Source of the DNA: Eubacteriales bacterium
GTDB lineage: Bacteria; Bacillota; Clostridia; Oscillospirales; CAG-272
Direction: 5' to 3'
DNA length: 35,751 bases
Assembly: GCA_045629765.1 (NCBI GenBank)
Contig: JAZQRW010000058.1
Span: forward strand, 1 to 35,751
Numbering within the stretch: the stretch's first letter is position 1; every line of letters starts with the position of its first letter. The position numbers and the translations under genes are program-made. The notes under the pieces were generated by a model. That model made no database searches, had not been told where the DNA came from, and saw only the letters and a list, made by a program, of their open reading frames with translations. Below, piece after piece: positions 19,437-28,942 of the stretch.

Positions 19437-20159
19437 ATGGCTGAAGAATATAACGTTTCTACTAAAGATTACACGTTGAAGCAGAAATTTGAAAACTTCT
19501 GGTATCACTATAAGTGGCATTCAATTATCGCTTTGTTTTTGGTGATTGTGATTTTGGTTTGCTCCTTGCAGTTTTGCTCAAACACGGAGTACGACGCGTA
19601 TATTTTGTATGCAGGTGAGTATCAATTCGAGCGCACTAGCAAGGATGGAGATATACCGACCTATGTGGGCGCGATGAATGCGTTTAAGCGAGTGTGTGAA
19701 GATGTAAGCGGCGATGGTGAGATTAATGTTTCATTTGCTGATTTACTGTGTATGACTGATGCACAGCGTGCGGAATATCGCGAAGAAAACGGCGTTGAGC
19801 CTGATACGAGATTGCTTTACGACGATGCGCAAAAGCTCGGCAATCTTATGAGTACGGGTAACTTCTTTATTCTCTTTATATCTCCTGAGGTTTATGAACA
19901 ATATTCCAATGAGGACGATGTGGCTAGATTTGAGGCACTTAAGCCGTATACCGCTGAAGGCGTTGAATACGAGTATTACTCCGAGTACGCAATTAAGCTA
20001 TCTTCGCTTGAATTTTACAACACGGCGTATATCAGCTCGTTACCTGAGGATACGCTTGTTTGCTTCCGCAAAATTGGCGTTCTTGGAAACAATAGTAACG
20101 TTAAAGAAAATTACAATGCGAGCAAGGACGTGTTAAGAAAAATATTCGCTTATCAGTAA
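19437..20159 (+). CDS. Hypothetical membrane-anchored protein
   Basis: KFENFWYHYKWH followed by one TM helix and an acidic soluble domain. GAGGTG RBS. Confidence 0.75.
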   Translation: MAEEYNVSTKDYTLKQKFENFWYHYKWHSIIALFLVIVILVCSLQFCSNTEYDAYILYAGEYQFERTSKDGDIPTYVGAMNAFKRVCEDVSGDGEINVSFADLLCMTDAQRAEYREENGVEPDTRLLYDDAQKLGNLMSTGNFFILFISPEVYEQYSNEDDVARFEALKPYTAEGVEYEYYSEYAIKLSSLEFYNTAYISSLPEDTLVCFRKIGVLGNNSNVKENYNASKDVLRKIFAYQ

Positions 20160-20268
20160 GCACGATGCAATGTGTCGGTTGAGTTTCGCTTTTTAATGCT
20201 TTTTAGTTAAACAATTTGCTTTATGCTACATATAATACTATTAAGATACCATAAAGTATGAGGTATAT

Positions 20269-20346
20269 ATGAAAATAGTAGTATTTAAATCCCCTAAATT
20301 TTTATCTAAGATTTTAGAAAAGATACTTAAAATTAAAGAAAAATAG
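20269..20346 (+). CDS. spoVM: Stage V sporulation protein M (25 aa, not in ORF track)
   Basis: MKIVVFKSPKFLSKILEKILKIKEK* has Pro9 and PKFL as in SpoVM and an amphipathic helix pattern. GAGGT RBS upstream, terminator downstream. Confidence 0.88.
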   Translation: MKIVVFKSPKFLSKILEKILKIKEK

Positions 20347-20369
20347 TTAATATGTAAACTTAAGATTAC

Positions 20370-20419
20370 AAAAAAGAGTAAGCACGCGGAATAATTCTGC
20401 ATACTTACTCTTGTTTTTT
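20370..20419. terminator. Bidirectional terminator between spoVM and mnmG
   Basis: AAGAGTAAG...CTTACTCTT stem with flanking A- and T-runs. Confidence 0.75.
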
Positions 20420-20438
20420 ATTGTTTTGTTATTTAATT

Positions 20439-22313
20439 TTACTTACCGAGATAAATCAAAAGCACGCTTATATCAGCCGGGCTTACGCCGCTTATGCGTG
20501 ACGCCTGACCTATATTCATGGGACGGACGAGATTCATTTTTTCAGCGCATTCCAGCCGAAGTCCCTTTATCGCGGTGTAGTCGAGGTCGGGCGGCAGGCG
20601 CTTTTCCTCAAGCTTCTTTTGCCTTTCTACCTCGCCCAGCTGCCGTTTTATATACCCCTCGTATTTAATCTGAATTTCCACCGTGGTGGCAATATCGCGT
20701 GAAAGCTCGGGACGCTCGGAGTCAATTGCGGCGAGTGATGCGTAATCAAGCTCGGGGCGGCGTATAAGCTCGCTGAGCTTAATTCCTGTGGTAATCTCTG
20801 TTGAGCCGTGCGCTTTAAGATATGCATTGACATTTTCACTCGGCGGGATATTGGTCGAGTTGACTCTTGCTATTTCTCTTTCGATTTTTTGCTTCTTTTC
20901 AAGAAAGGCCTCGTATCTTTCTTCATCTATAAGACCGACTCTGTGTCCAAGCTCGGTGAGCCTTAGGTCGCAGTTGTCTTGCCTTAGGAGAAGTCTGTAT
21001 TCGCTGCGCGAGGTCATTATTCTGTACGGTTCCTCCGTGCCTTTGGTAACGAGGTCGTCAATGAGAGTGCCGATGTACGACGACGAGCGTGACAGCACTA
21101 AAGGCTCCTTGTCTTGAATTTTTAAAGCGGCGTTAATACCCGCGACGAGTCCCTGTGCCGCCGCCTCCTCGTAGCCTGACGTGCCGTTAAACTGTCCCGC
21201 GCCGTAAAGGCCCTTTACCTTTTTAAATTCAAGAGTCGGGAGCATCTGCGTAGGCTCTGCACAGTCGTATTCTATAGCGTATGCGTAGCGCATAATCTCG
21301 GCGTTACGGAAGCCGTCAAGCGAACGGAGCATATCGTATTGAACGTCGGTGGGCATTGAGGTCGAAAAGCCTTGAATGTATAATTCGTCCGTGTCAAGTC
21401 CGCACGGCTCAACGAACAGTTGATGTCTTTCCTTGTCCGCAAAGCGCACGAGCTTGGTCTCGATGGACGGACAGTATCTGGGGCCCGTGCCGACGATATT
21501 GCCCGAATACATAGCGCTTCTTTGCATATTGTCAAGAATGATTTTATGCGTATTTTTGTTGGTGTAAACGACGTGGCAGGGAACTGCGTTGACCTCGTCC
21601 ACGCTCTTTTTTTGAGTTCTTGCCGAGAAAGGAATTGGCACTTCCTCGCCCTCTTGAATTTCAAGCTCATTTAGTGCAACGCTGCGTCTGTGAACTCTTG
21701 CGGGTGTGCCCGTCTTAAAGCGCATAAGACTTATACCGAGTGAGCGAAGCGAGTCGGAGAGTCCCTCTGCCGACGTCATACCGTCAGGGCCGGAGGAATA
21801 AACCTTATCTCCGACGAAAATCTCGGAATGAAGAAACGTGCCCGCCGCAATTATAACTGCCTTACAGCGCCAAATCTCGCCAAGATGAGTCTTGACACCC
21901 GTGACCCGTGTCACGTTATCGACGTTTTCGGTGAGAATTTCTGTAATTTCGCTTTGCACAAGACGCAGATTTTCCTGCTTCTCAATCGTCGCCTTCATTA
22001 TTTTTTTGTATTCTGTGCGGTCTGCCTGCACACGCTTTGAATGCACTGCCGCGCCCTTGCCGAGATTAAGAGTTCTCGACTGTATGGTAGCAAGGTCGGC
22101 GCAATAGCCCATCTCACCGCCCAAGGCGTCAATTTCAAACACGAGATGCCCCTTGGCACTACCGCCTATTGAGGGATTACATGGCATATTGCCAACGGCG
22201 TCGAGATTGATGGTGAAAAGCACGGTATCCGTGCCCATTCTTGCCGAGGCAAGCGCCGCCTCACAGCCTGCGTGACCTGCACCGATTACTACTACTTCCG
22301 TCTGTAGCTCCAA
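20439..22313 (-). CDS. mnmG: tRNA uridine-5-carboxymethylaminomethyl modification enzyme MnmG/GidA
   Basis: VIGAGHAGCEAA, MPCNPSIGG, RFKTGTP, GPRYCPSIE and GTSGYEEAAAQG. TTG start with GGAGG RBS. Confidence 0.98.
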   Translation of the reverse strand: MELQTEVVVIGAGHAGCEAALASARMGTDTVLFTINLDAVGNMPCNPSIGGSAKGHLVFEIDALGGEMGYCADLATIQSRTLNLGKGAAVHSKRVQADRTEYKKIMKATIEKQENLRLVQSEITEILTENVDNVTRVTGVKTHLGEIWRCKAVIIAAGTFLHSEIFVGDKVYSSGPDGMTSAEGLSDSLRSLGISLMRFKTGTPARVHRRSVALNELEIQEGEEVPIPFSARTQKKSVDEVNAVPCHVVYTNKNTHKIILDNMQRSAMYSGNIVGTGPRYCPSIETKLVRFADKERHQLFVEPCGLDTDELYIQGFSTSMPTDVQYDMLRSLDGFRNAEIMRYAYAIEYDCAEPTQMLPTLEFKKVKGLYGAGQFNGTSGYEEAAAQGLVAGINAALKIQDKEPLVLSRSSSYIGTLIDDLVTKGTEEPYRIMTSRSEYRLLLRQDNCDLRLTELGHRVGLIDEERYEAFLEKKQKIEREIARVNSTNIPPSENVNAYLKAHGSTEITTGIKLSELIRRPELDYASLAAIDSERPELSRDIATTVEIQIKYEGYIKRQLGEVERQKKLEEKRLPPDLDYTAIKGLRLECAEKMNLVRPMNIGQASRISGVSPADISVLLIYLGK

Positions 22314-22325
22314 GGCTATACCTCC

Positions 22326-23099
22326 TTAAAATTTAACACGGGTTATGTTTTTTACACGCTTTGTCGCGGTATCAAGGTCAAAAATCACGCCGTCTGCCTT
22401 ACATTCGCCAACTGCTAAAGTAAACTTGTTAGGTACGTGATTTCTCATCTTTTCTATCACGCTCTCGGGGCTCATACCCAAGACACCACCACTTTCACCA
22501 CACATACCGAGGTCGCTGACGTACCCCGTGCCGTGCGGCAAAATGAGATAGTCCGCCGTTGGAACGTGGGTATGCGTGCCGAATATTACGTTGATTTTAC
22601 CGTCGTAGCAATAGCCTATAGCGAGCTTTTCACCCGTTGCCTCGGCGTGAATATCGAGAACGCAAAAATCGTATTTTCCTTCCTCTCGCGCGAGGACTCT
22701 GTCGATATACGGGTAGGGTGAATCAAGCACGGGGTCGATGTGGATATTACCCATCGCGTTGATAACTAACACACGGTAGCCGTTTACGTCAATAATAGTG
22801 TAGCCGTGACCCACTACTCCGTCGCCGAAATTTATAGGACGCAAAAACGCCTCGATATCGTCAAGCGCTGTGTAAGCCGCCTTGTTTCTTATGGTGTGGT
22901 TGCCGCCGGTCAGACAATCTGCGCCCGACTTAATGAGCTTCTCGGCAATCTCGCCCGACGCGCCCGTGATGAACGAAGCGTTCTCACAGTTCACAACGCA
23001 CATATCTATTTTGTTTTCTTCTCTGAATTTCCAGAGCTTTTTTGAAAGATGCTCGACGCCACCGGGGCTGGTAACGTCTCCTATTGCAAGTATTCTCAC
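22326..23099 (-). CDS. ymdB: YmdB-family metallophosphoesterase
   Basis: IGDV, NCEN, TGGNH, LRPIN, DIHAEATGEK, GTHTHVPTAD and DLGMCG. Confidence 0.93.
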   Translation of the reverse strand: MRILAIGDVTSPGGVEHLSKKLWKFREENKIDMCVVNCENASFITGASGEIAEKLIKSGADCLTGGNHTIRNKAAYTALDDIEAFLRPINFGDGVVGHGYTIIDVNGYRVLVINAMGNIHIDPVLDSPYPYIDRVLAREEGKYDFCVLDIHAEATGEKLAIGYCYDGKINVIFGTHTHVPTADYLILPHGTGYVSDLGMCGESGGVLGMSPESVIEKMRNHVPNKFTLAVGECKADGVIFDLDTATKRVKNITRVKF

Positions 23100-23138
23100 G
23101 TCTTTAGTCTTTCTATATTTAAAATTAATAACACTTGT

Positions 23139-23167
23139 ATTATAATAAAATAAACCCTGCTTGTCAA
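23139..23167 (-). promoter_or_regulatory. SigA promoter of ymdB-mnmG
   Basis: Minus strand perfect TTGACA-17bp-TATAAT. Confidence 0.8.
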
Positions 23168-23198
23168 GAGAATAACGGCAAAAGGGCGCATTGGGTGA

Positions 23199-23227
23199 TT
23201 GACATTTAGCTCGGATTTTGATAAAAT
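23199..23227 (+). promoter_or_regulatory. SigA promoter of birA-truB-addA
   Basis: TTGACA-17bp-TAAAAT with TG extended -10; back-to-back with the ymdB promoter. Confidence 0.75.
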
Positions 23228-23264
23228 AGAAATGATAGCAAGTCTTAGGTAAGGGGGTGGTGGT

Positions 23265-24044
23265 GTGAGTGAAAGAATAGTCAACGACGAGGATCGCTTA
23301 TACGGTGAGCTTTCGGACTTATATGAGAGAGAAAATCTCATGGTTTTTGACACGGTGGACTCAACTAACGCCTACGCAAAGGAACTTGCAAGGTTGGGTA
23401 CAGACGAGGCGATAGTCATCGCGCGCCATCAGAGCGCCGGCAGAGGCAGAATGGGCAGAAGCTTTCATTCGGGTGACGGCAAGGGACTGTTTCTCTCGTT
23501 ACTGACACGAGGTAGCTTTTGTGGAATTGATGCAACACGGCTGACGACTATTGCGGCGGTAGCGGTGGCAAGAGCTATTGAGTCTGTGTGCCCCTTAGAT
23601 GTCAAAATCAAATGGGTAAACGATTTATACGTAGCTGATAGAAAGCTGTGCGGAATACTAGTTGAAGGAAAGATGTTGAGTGATGGCGAGCTTCTCTATT
23701 CGGTTATTGGAATAGGAGTAAATCTATTAAGACAGGACTACCCGTGTGAAATTTCCGGGATTGCAACCTCTATCCAGGAGTGCTGTGGCGCGGTGATAGA
23801 CCCAATTGATTTAGCCGTTAGAATAGTAAGAGAGATTTATATGCTCTTAGAAAATCCCACCGACGAAAAGACGATAAAAGAGTACAAGGAACGTTCGATG
23901 CTGATGGGTAGGTGCGTTACCGTGCTAAAAAATACTCCTTATCATGCCAAGGTGCTTGATATCACCAACGACGCATGCCTCGTAATAGAGAGTGAATTTG
24001 GCATAGAAGAATTATACACGGGTGATGTGAGCGTTAAGTTTTAG
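23265..24044 (+). CDS. birA: Biotin-protein ligase lacking the N-terminal HTH
   Basis: DSTN, QSAGRGRMGR, IKWVND, RKLCGIL and GIGVN. Only ~30 aa precede DSTN. Confidence 0.93.
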   Translation: MSERIVNDEDRLYGELSDLYERENLMVFDTVDSTNAYAKELARLGTDEAIVIARHQSAGRGRMGRSFHSGDGKGLFLSLLTRGSFCGIDATRLTTIAAVAVARAIESVCPLDVKIKWVNDLYVADRKLCGILVEGKMLSDGELLYSVIGIGVNLLRQDYPCEISGIATSIQECCGAVIDPIDLAVRIVREIYMLLENPTDEKTIKEYKERSMLMGRCVTVLKNTPYHAKVLDITNDACLVIESEFGIEELYTGDVSVKF

Positions 24045-24091
24045 GTAAGAAGTAAGACTGAATTTTGAAATAAACTGACAAGGACGAGAAA

Positions 24092-24994
24092 ATGCTGGGC
24101 GAATTATCAGGTGTGGTTGTTGTTAATAAAGAAGAGGGCTTAAGCTCTCAGGCGGTGGTTAACCGTGTAAAGAAAATATTCGGTGTTTCCAAGGCGGGAC
24201 ACACTGGCACGCTTGACCCTTTGGCTACAGGCGTTTTACCCGTGCTTATCGGTAGGGGTGTTAAGGCAAGTGAGTTCATGCTGACTGCTGACAAGCATTA
24301 TCGCGCGACGCTTCTTCTTGGAATAACTACAGATACTGAGGATATAACCGGCGCAGTCCTCACCGAATGTGATAATATTCCTACCGAGAGTGAGGTAGTG
24401 AAAGCCGTTAACCGCTTCATCGGTAAGAGTATGCAGACTCCGCCTATGTATTCTGCACTTAAGGTCGGTGGAAAGAAGCTGTACGAGCTTGCCCGCGAGG
24501 GAAAGAGCATTGACAGAGAGCCAAGAGAAATTACGGTTTACTCACTTGGGTGCGGGAGAATAAACGAGCGCGAATATACTCTTGATGTGCATTGCTCCAA
24601 GGGCACTTATATCCGAACCCTGTGCGCAGATATTGGCGCGGCTCTTGGGTGTGGCGGCGTTATGAAAACACTGGAGCGCATCGAGGCATCGGGATTTGCG
24701 CTTAACGAGGCACATACGCTCTCACAGCTTGAAAATATGAGTGAGAAGGAGCGCATTGGTTTGATTATACCAACCGAGCGTATATTCTCTGATTGGCAAT
24801 GTGTCACGCTTTCTGACTTCTTCTCGCACTTAGCGCATTCGGGCGTGGAGTTGTATCTAAAGAAACTCGGTATAACTCTTGATGTAGGTGAGCGTGTAAG
24901 ACTCTCGGATAAGGACGGATTTTTTGCAATTGGTGAGGTTAGGGAGTTTGAAAATGGGTTGGCTATAAAGCCTATCAGACAGTTTGTACTGTGA
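24092..24994 (+). CDS. truB: tRNA pseudouridine(55) synthase
   Basis: KAGHTGTLDPLATGVL, TDTED, PPMYSALKVGG and CSKGTYIRTL. Confidence 0.97.
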   Translation: MLGELSGVVVVNKEEGLSSQAVVNRVKKIFGVSKAGHTGTLDPLATGVLPVLIGRGVKASEFMLTADKHYRATLLLGITTDTEDITGAVLTECDNIPTESEVVKAVNRFIGKSMQTPPMYSALKVGGKKLYELAREGKSIDREPREITVYSLGCGRINEREYTLDVHCSKGTYIRTLCADIGAALGCGGVMKTLERIEASGFALNEAHTLSQLENMSEKERIGLIIPTERIFSDWQCVTLSDFFSHLAHSGVELYLKKLGITLDVGERVRLSDKDGFFAIGEVREFENGLAIKPIRQFVL

Positions 24995-25047
24995 AACTGT
25001 AAATAATAGTTTACAAAAAGCAGATAGAAATAATGGAGGTGATGAAA

Positions 25048-28000
25048 ATGGGCAGAAGTTGGACAAAGGAGCAAGGACTCGCTATCTCCACACGCGACAG
25101 AACACTGTTGGTGTCCGCGGCAGCCGGCTCGGGTAAGACTGCAACGCTTACTGAACGCATAATTCGCTCAATACTTGATAAGGAAAATCCTTTGAATATC
25201 TCGAATATGCTCATAGTTACCTTCACAAACGCGGCGGTGGGAGAGCTTCGTGAGAGGATTACTGAGGCGCTTAAGACAGCCATTCGTGAAAACCCCGAGG
25301 ATGACAGACTACGCGAGCAGCTACTGATGCTACCCGGAGCGAAAATCAGCACTATTGACTCGTTTTGCTCGGATATTTTAAGAGCAAATTGTGACAGGGT
25401 AGGTGTTAGCCCTAATTACAGAATTGCGGACACAGCTGAGGGGGCTCTTCTTGCTGATAGAATAATGAATGCGCTAATAGGCAGTGTTTACAGAGGAGAG
25501 GATAGTGATATTTTACCTGCCGAACTTGAACGCCTTGCAGATTGCCTTACCGACTCAAAGAAGCAGGACGAGCTAGCCGGAGCGCTCGGAGAAATATACG
25601 AAAAAACACTCTCGAGCGAATTGGGTGTAGATACGATAGGCGCGTTAATTGAAGAATATAATCCCGAAAGATATACGTCTGTTGATAATACAAAATACGT
25701 GCGTTACCTAAGGGATAGGACTCAGGGAATGTGTGAGCATTACGAGAAGGTATTCTCCGGTGTTATCGGAGAAATTTCGGCTCACCCTGAGTGGAAGGGG
25801 GCGAAGGCGATGACAGTCCTTGACTCCGATCTTGCTCTTGTTGAGTCACTGCACCGCGCCTCGACCTATTGTGAAGCAAGAAAATTTATCTTGGAATACG
25901 CCTTTCCGCGCACGGTGTCAATAAAGGATGAGGCGGCTCCTAAGGTAAAGCCGATACGCGATGCTTTTCGTGAGGACATACAGTATTTCAAAGATACTTT
26001 CTATCGCTTTGATGAGCAGATGTGGCAAAAGAGCTATGCATTACTCTATAAAACGCTAACTGTACTTTACAAATTCCTGAAGAAATTCGACAAGCTGTTC
26101 CGTGAAGATAAAATCAGACGCGGAATTTGTCAGTATTCTGATATTGAAAGATACACCTACGAATGTCTATGGCAGGGTGGTGTGCGAACCGATATTGCCA
26201 ACGCTCAGGCTAAGCAATACAGTGCTATTTACATCGATGAATATCAGGACGTAAACTCACTTCAAAACAAGATATTTGAGGCTGTGGCAACCGATAAAAA
26301 CAGGTTCATGGTTGGCGATATTAAACAGAGCATTTACGGCTTCCGCAGTGCAAACCCCAAGATTTTTGCTGATATGAAAATGACTTTACCCTCGCTTAAT
26401 TCCGAAATCGAGCAGAGTGCTGCGTCAATTTTTATGTCGCGCAATTTCAGATGCGACGAGGGAATAGTTGATTATACCAACCATATTTTTGATAAGGTCT
26501 TTGGGCTGATTTCAAGGAGTATTGGTTACGAGAGTGACGACAGACTTATCCACGGTAAAATGTATGAGGGTGAAAAGCCGCGGTATATTTATCCTTCAAC
26601 CTGTGTAGTTGATAAGCGGATTGAAGCGGAACTGCGTGCAAAGTCTCAGGAGCTTGACAATCCCGAAGAGATACACCTGCAGCCACGTGTCGTAGCGAGA
26701 AAAATTTACGAGCTGCTTAACGGCGGAGCAACTCTTAATTCCGGATGTGCGATAACTCCGGGTGATATTGCGATAATTTTAAGAAACACCAAGGGACACG
26801 ATAAGCTATATGCCAGAGAGCTACAGAGGCTGGGCATACCGTCGGCTATTGATGATGCTAAAAGCTTTTTCCTTAATGCAGACGTTTTGCTATGCCTTAG
26901 CCTTTTGAGCGTTATTGATAATCCTAAGAAGGATATTCAGCTAGCATCGGTAATGTGCTCGCCCTTGTTCTCGTTCTCTGCGGACGAGCTGGTGTATATA
27001 AGAGCGCAGGGCTGTGAAACACTCTACGACTGTCTTGTGAAGCACGTAGAGAACAATCCCGACTACGAGCGCGGTGTTAACTTCCTTAAATGTCTTGATG
27101 AATACAGGTTTTTAAGCGAGGGTACGAATGTAGATAAGCTGATTATGACGCTTTATCGCAAGACCGGTTTGCTCTCACTTGCCTCGGGCAACGATGGTAA
27201 GAAAAATCTTATGCTCCTTTACGAGTATGCAAGGAAATTTGAGGCGGGCTCGTTTAAGGGACTGTATAATTTTATTTCCTATATTAACAGTATAGTTGAC
27301 AAAAAGCACGATTTTGATAAAAACCAGACTCCCGAGGATGCTGATGCCGTAAAAATAATTACCGTGCATTCTTCAAAGGGACTTGAGTATCCGATTGTAT
27401 TCTTCGCGGAAGCGGATATTTCGGTGCAGAAGACTCAGGATAAGGCGCGACTCGTATATGATGAGAATTTTGGAATAGGTCTTGATTTAAGAACCGACTC
27501 GTCGCTCGCGATAGTGGAAAATCCGACACGTCCCATAATTAAAGACTATATTTTAAGACGGAGCTTTGAGGAAGAAATGCGCGTTTTATACGTTGCGCTG
27601 ACTCGTGCAAGAGAAAGGCTGTACGTTGTTGGAAGGCCTTCACGCTTTGCCGAGAATTTCTACGAGCAGGTTGAACTTTCAAGAGAGTACCTCAGTGAAT
27701 TTGCGCTATATAATATGCCGTCCTATCTTGACTGTATCTGTGCTACCGTCCGCTCCGGCGTGTGCGATATTGAGGGCTTTTTGTCTGATGCAAGCTCTGT
27801 AAAGTTGGTGCAAAACGAAGCCGAAAGCACAGAGGTTATAGAGAAGCTACAGGCACAGATAGACCTTTCGGCACTTGATGTCTTAAAGTCCAGATTTAGC
27901 TTTAAATATCCGGGAGAAGTTACGGCAAGCTTGCCTGAAAAGCTTTCGGTCTCACACCTCAATCCGAGAATTCTTGACGGAACCGGTGAAGAGATTACCG

Positions 28001-28695
28001 AGTTGTTTGAGAGTGAAGAGCAAGTCTGTGAGTGCGAGAATGACGAGAGGAAAAACAACGATAACGCGCTCGGACTTGATTTAAGATTTGGTACGAGCGG
28101 TGTACTACCGAGATTTATCAGCGGTGTTGATGAGCGCGAGAGTGCTAAGCGCGGAATTTCCACGCACCTTGTGCTTCAGTTTTGTGATTTCGAGCTTCTT
28201 TATAAAAACGGCTCACGTGCCGAGGTTGAAAGGCTCTTTGCAAAGAAGTTTATTTCCGAGGACGACGTAAAGAGAATACGACTCTTTGAGCTTGAAAAAT
28301 TCCGTACCTCAAAACTCTTTGCACTTATGCGTGAAGCGAAAAGTCTTGAGCGTGAATTCAGATTTAACGTTCTTTTACCTGCCGATAACTTCACGGAAAG
28401 AGAGGAAAATAAGCGTCAGCTCGCCCACGAGAATATACTCGTGCAGGGCGTAATTGACTGCCTTATCGAAGGAGAGGACGGCGAGTATATACTCGTTGAT
28501 TACAAGACTGACCGTTTGACCAAAGAAGAGAGAGAAGACATATCACTCGCAGAAAAAAGATTGCGTCTTGCACATGCGGAGCAATTAAAATACTATGCGT
28601 GCGCTGTGGAAAAAATCTTTGGAAAGAAGCCAAAGAAAACACTGATTTACTCTCTACATCTTGGTGATACAGTCGATATTCATGTAAAAACGTAA
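25048..28695 (+). CDS. addA: AddA-type UvrD helicase/RecB-family nuclease
   Basis: VSAAAGSGKT, TFTNAA, DEYQD, VGDIKQSIYGFR, TVHSSKGLEY, YVALTRA and C-terminal GVIDCL...VDYKT nuclease motif. GGAGGTG RBS favours ATG 25048. Confidence 0.9.
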   Translation: MGRSWTKEQGLAISTRDRTLLVSAAAGSGKTATLTERIIRSILDKENPLNISNMLIVTFTNAAVGELRERITEALKTAIRENPEDDRLREQLLMLPGAKISTIDSFCSDILRANCDRVGVSPNYRIADTAEGALLADRIMNALIGSVYRGEDSDILPAELERLADCLTDSKKQDELAGALGEIYEKTLSSELGVDTIGALIEEYNPERYTSVDNTKYVRYLRDRTQGMCEHYEKVFSGVIGEISAHPEWKGAKAMTVLDSDLALVESLHRASTYCEARKFILEYAFPRTVSIKDEAAPKVKPIRDAFREDIQYFKDTFYRFDEQMWQKSYALLYKTLTVLYKFLKKFDKLFREDKIRRGICQYSDIERYTYECLWQGGVRTDIANAQAKQYSAIYIDEYQDVNSLQNKIFEAVATDKNRFMVGDIKQSIYGFRSANPKIFADMKMTLPSLNSEIEQSAASIFMSRNFRCDEGIVDYTNHIFDKVFGLISRSIGYESDDRLIHGKMYEGEKPRYIYPSTCVVDKRIEAELRAKSQELDNPEEIHLQPRVVARKIYELLNGGATLNSGCAITPGDIAIILRNTKGHDKLYARELQRLGIPSAIDDAKSFFLNADVLLCLSLLSVIDNPKKDIQLASVMCSPLFSFSADELVYIRAQGCETLYDCLVKHVENNPDYERGVNFLKCLDEYRFLSEGTNVDKLIMTLYRKTGLLSLASGNDGKKNLMLLYEYARKFEAGSFKGLYNFISYINSIVDKKHDFDKNQTPEDADAVKIITVHSSKGLEYPIVFFAEADISVQKTQDKARLVYDENFGIGLDLRTDSSLAIVENPTRPIIKDYILRRSFEEEMRVLYVALTRARERLYVVGRPSRFAENFYEQVELSREYLSEFALYNMPSYLDCICATVRSGVCDIEGFLSDASSVKLVQNEAESTEVIEKLQAQIDLSALDVLKSRFSFKYPGEVTASLPEKLSVSHLNPRILDGTGEEITELFESEEQVCECENDERKNNDNALGLDLRFGTSGVLPRFISGVDERESAKRGISTHLVLQFCDFELLYKNGSRAEVERLFAKKFISEDDVKRIRLFELEKFRTSKLFALMREAKSLEREFRFNVLLPADNFTEREENKRQLAHENILVQGVIDCLIEGEDGEYILVDYKTDRLTKEEREDISLAEKRLRLAHAEQLKYYACAVEKIFGKKPKKTLIYSLHLGDTVDIHVKT

Positions 28696-28711
28696 AATAA
28701 AGTTAGCAAAC

Positions 28712-28753
28712 AGAGGGTGTTTTTGCCTAGAATGGTGGACACCTTCTTTTTTT
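28712..28753 (+). terminator. Intrinsic terminator after addA
   Basis: AGAGGGTGTTT...GGACACCTTCT followed by a T-run. Confidence 0.7.
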
Positions 28754-28825
28754 ATTTCAAAAATATTCATTAAGGTTTCGCAAATTCGGAATATCAGATA
28801 CAAAATCCTACATTTAAATTTTACA

Positions 28826-28913
28826 TTCGACATGATATACCACAACGAGCAAAATAAAACGGTGGATTGCTTGGCACCGTTCGACAAAATAAATCCTTTG
28901 GTTGCTTTATAAT
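28826..28913 (+). promoter_or_regulatory. Spo0A-activated promoter region of spoIIE
   Basis: Two perfect 0A boxes TTCGACA (reverse of TGTCGAA) at 28826-28832 and 28880-28886. TATAAT at 28908-28913 lies 21 bp after the second box. Confidence 0.75.
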
Positions 28914-28942
28914 GGGGTTATATTATTAAGGGAGAATTTGTT

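Noticed and set aside
23096-23353. 85-aa minus-strand ORF
   Set aside because: It spans two divergent promoters and the birA start and has no coding features.
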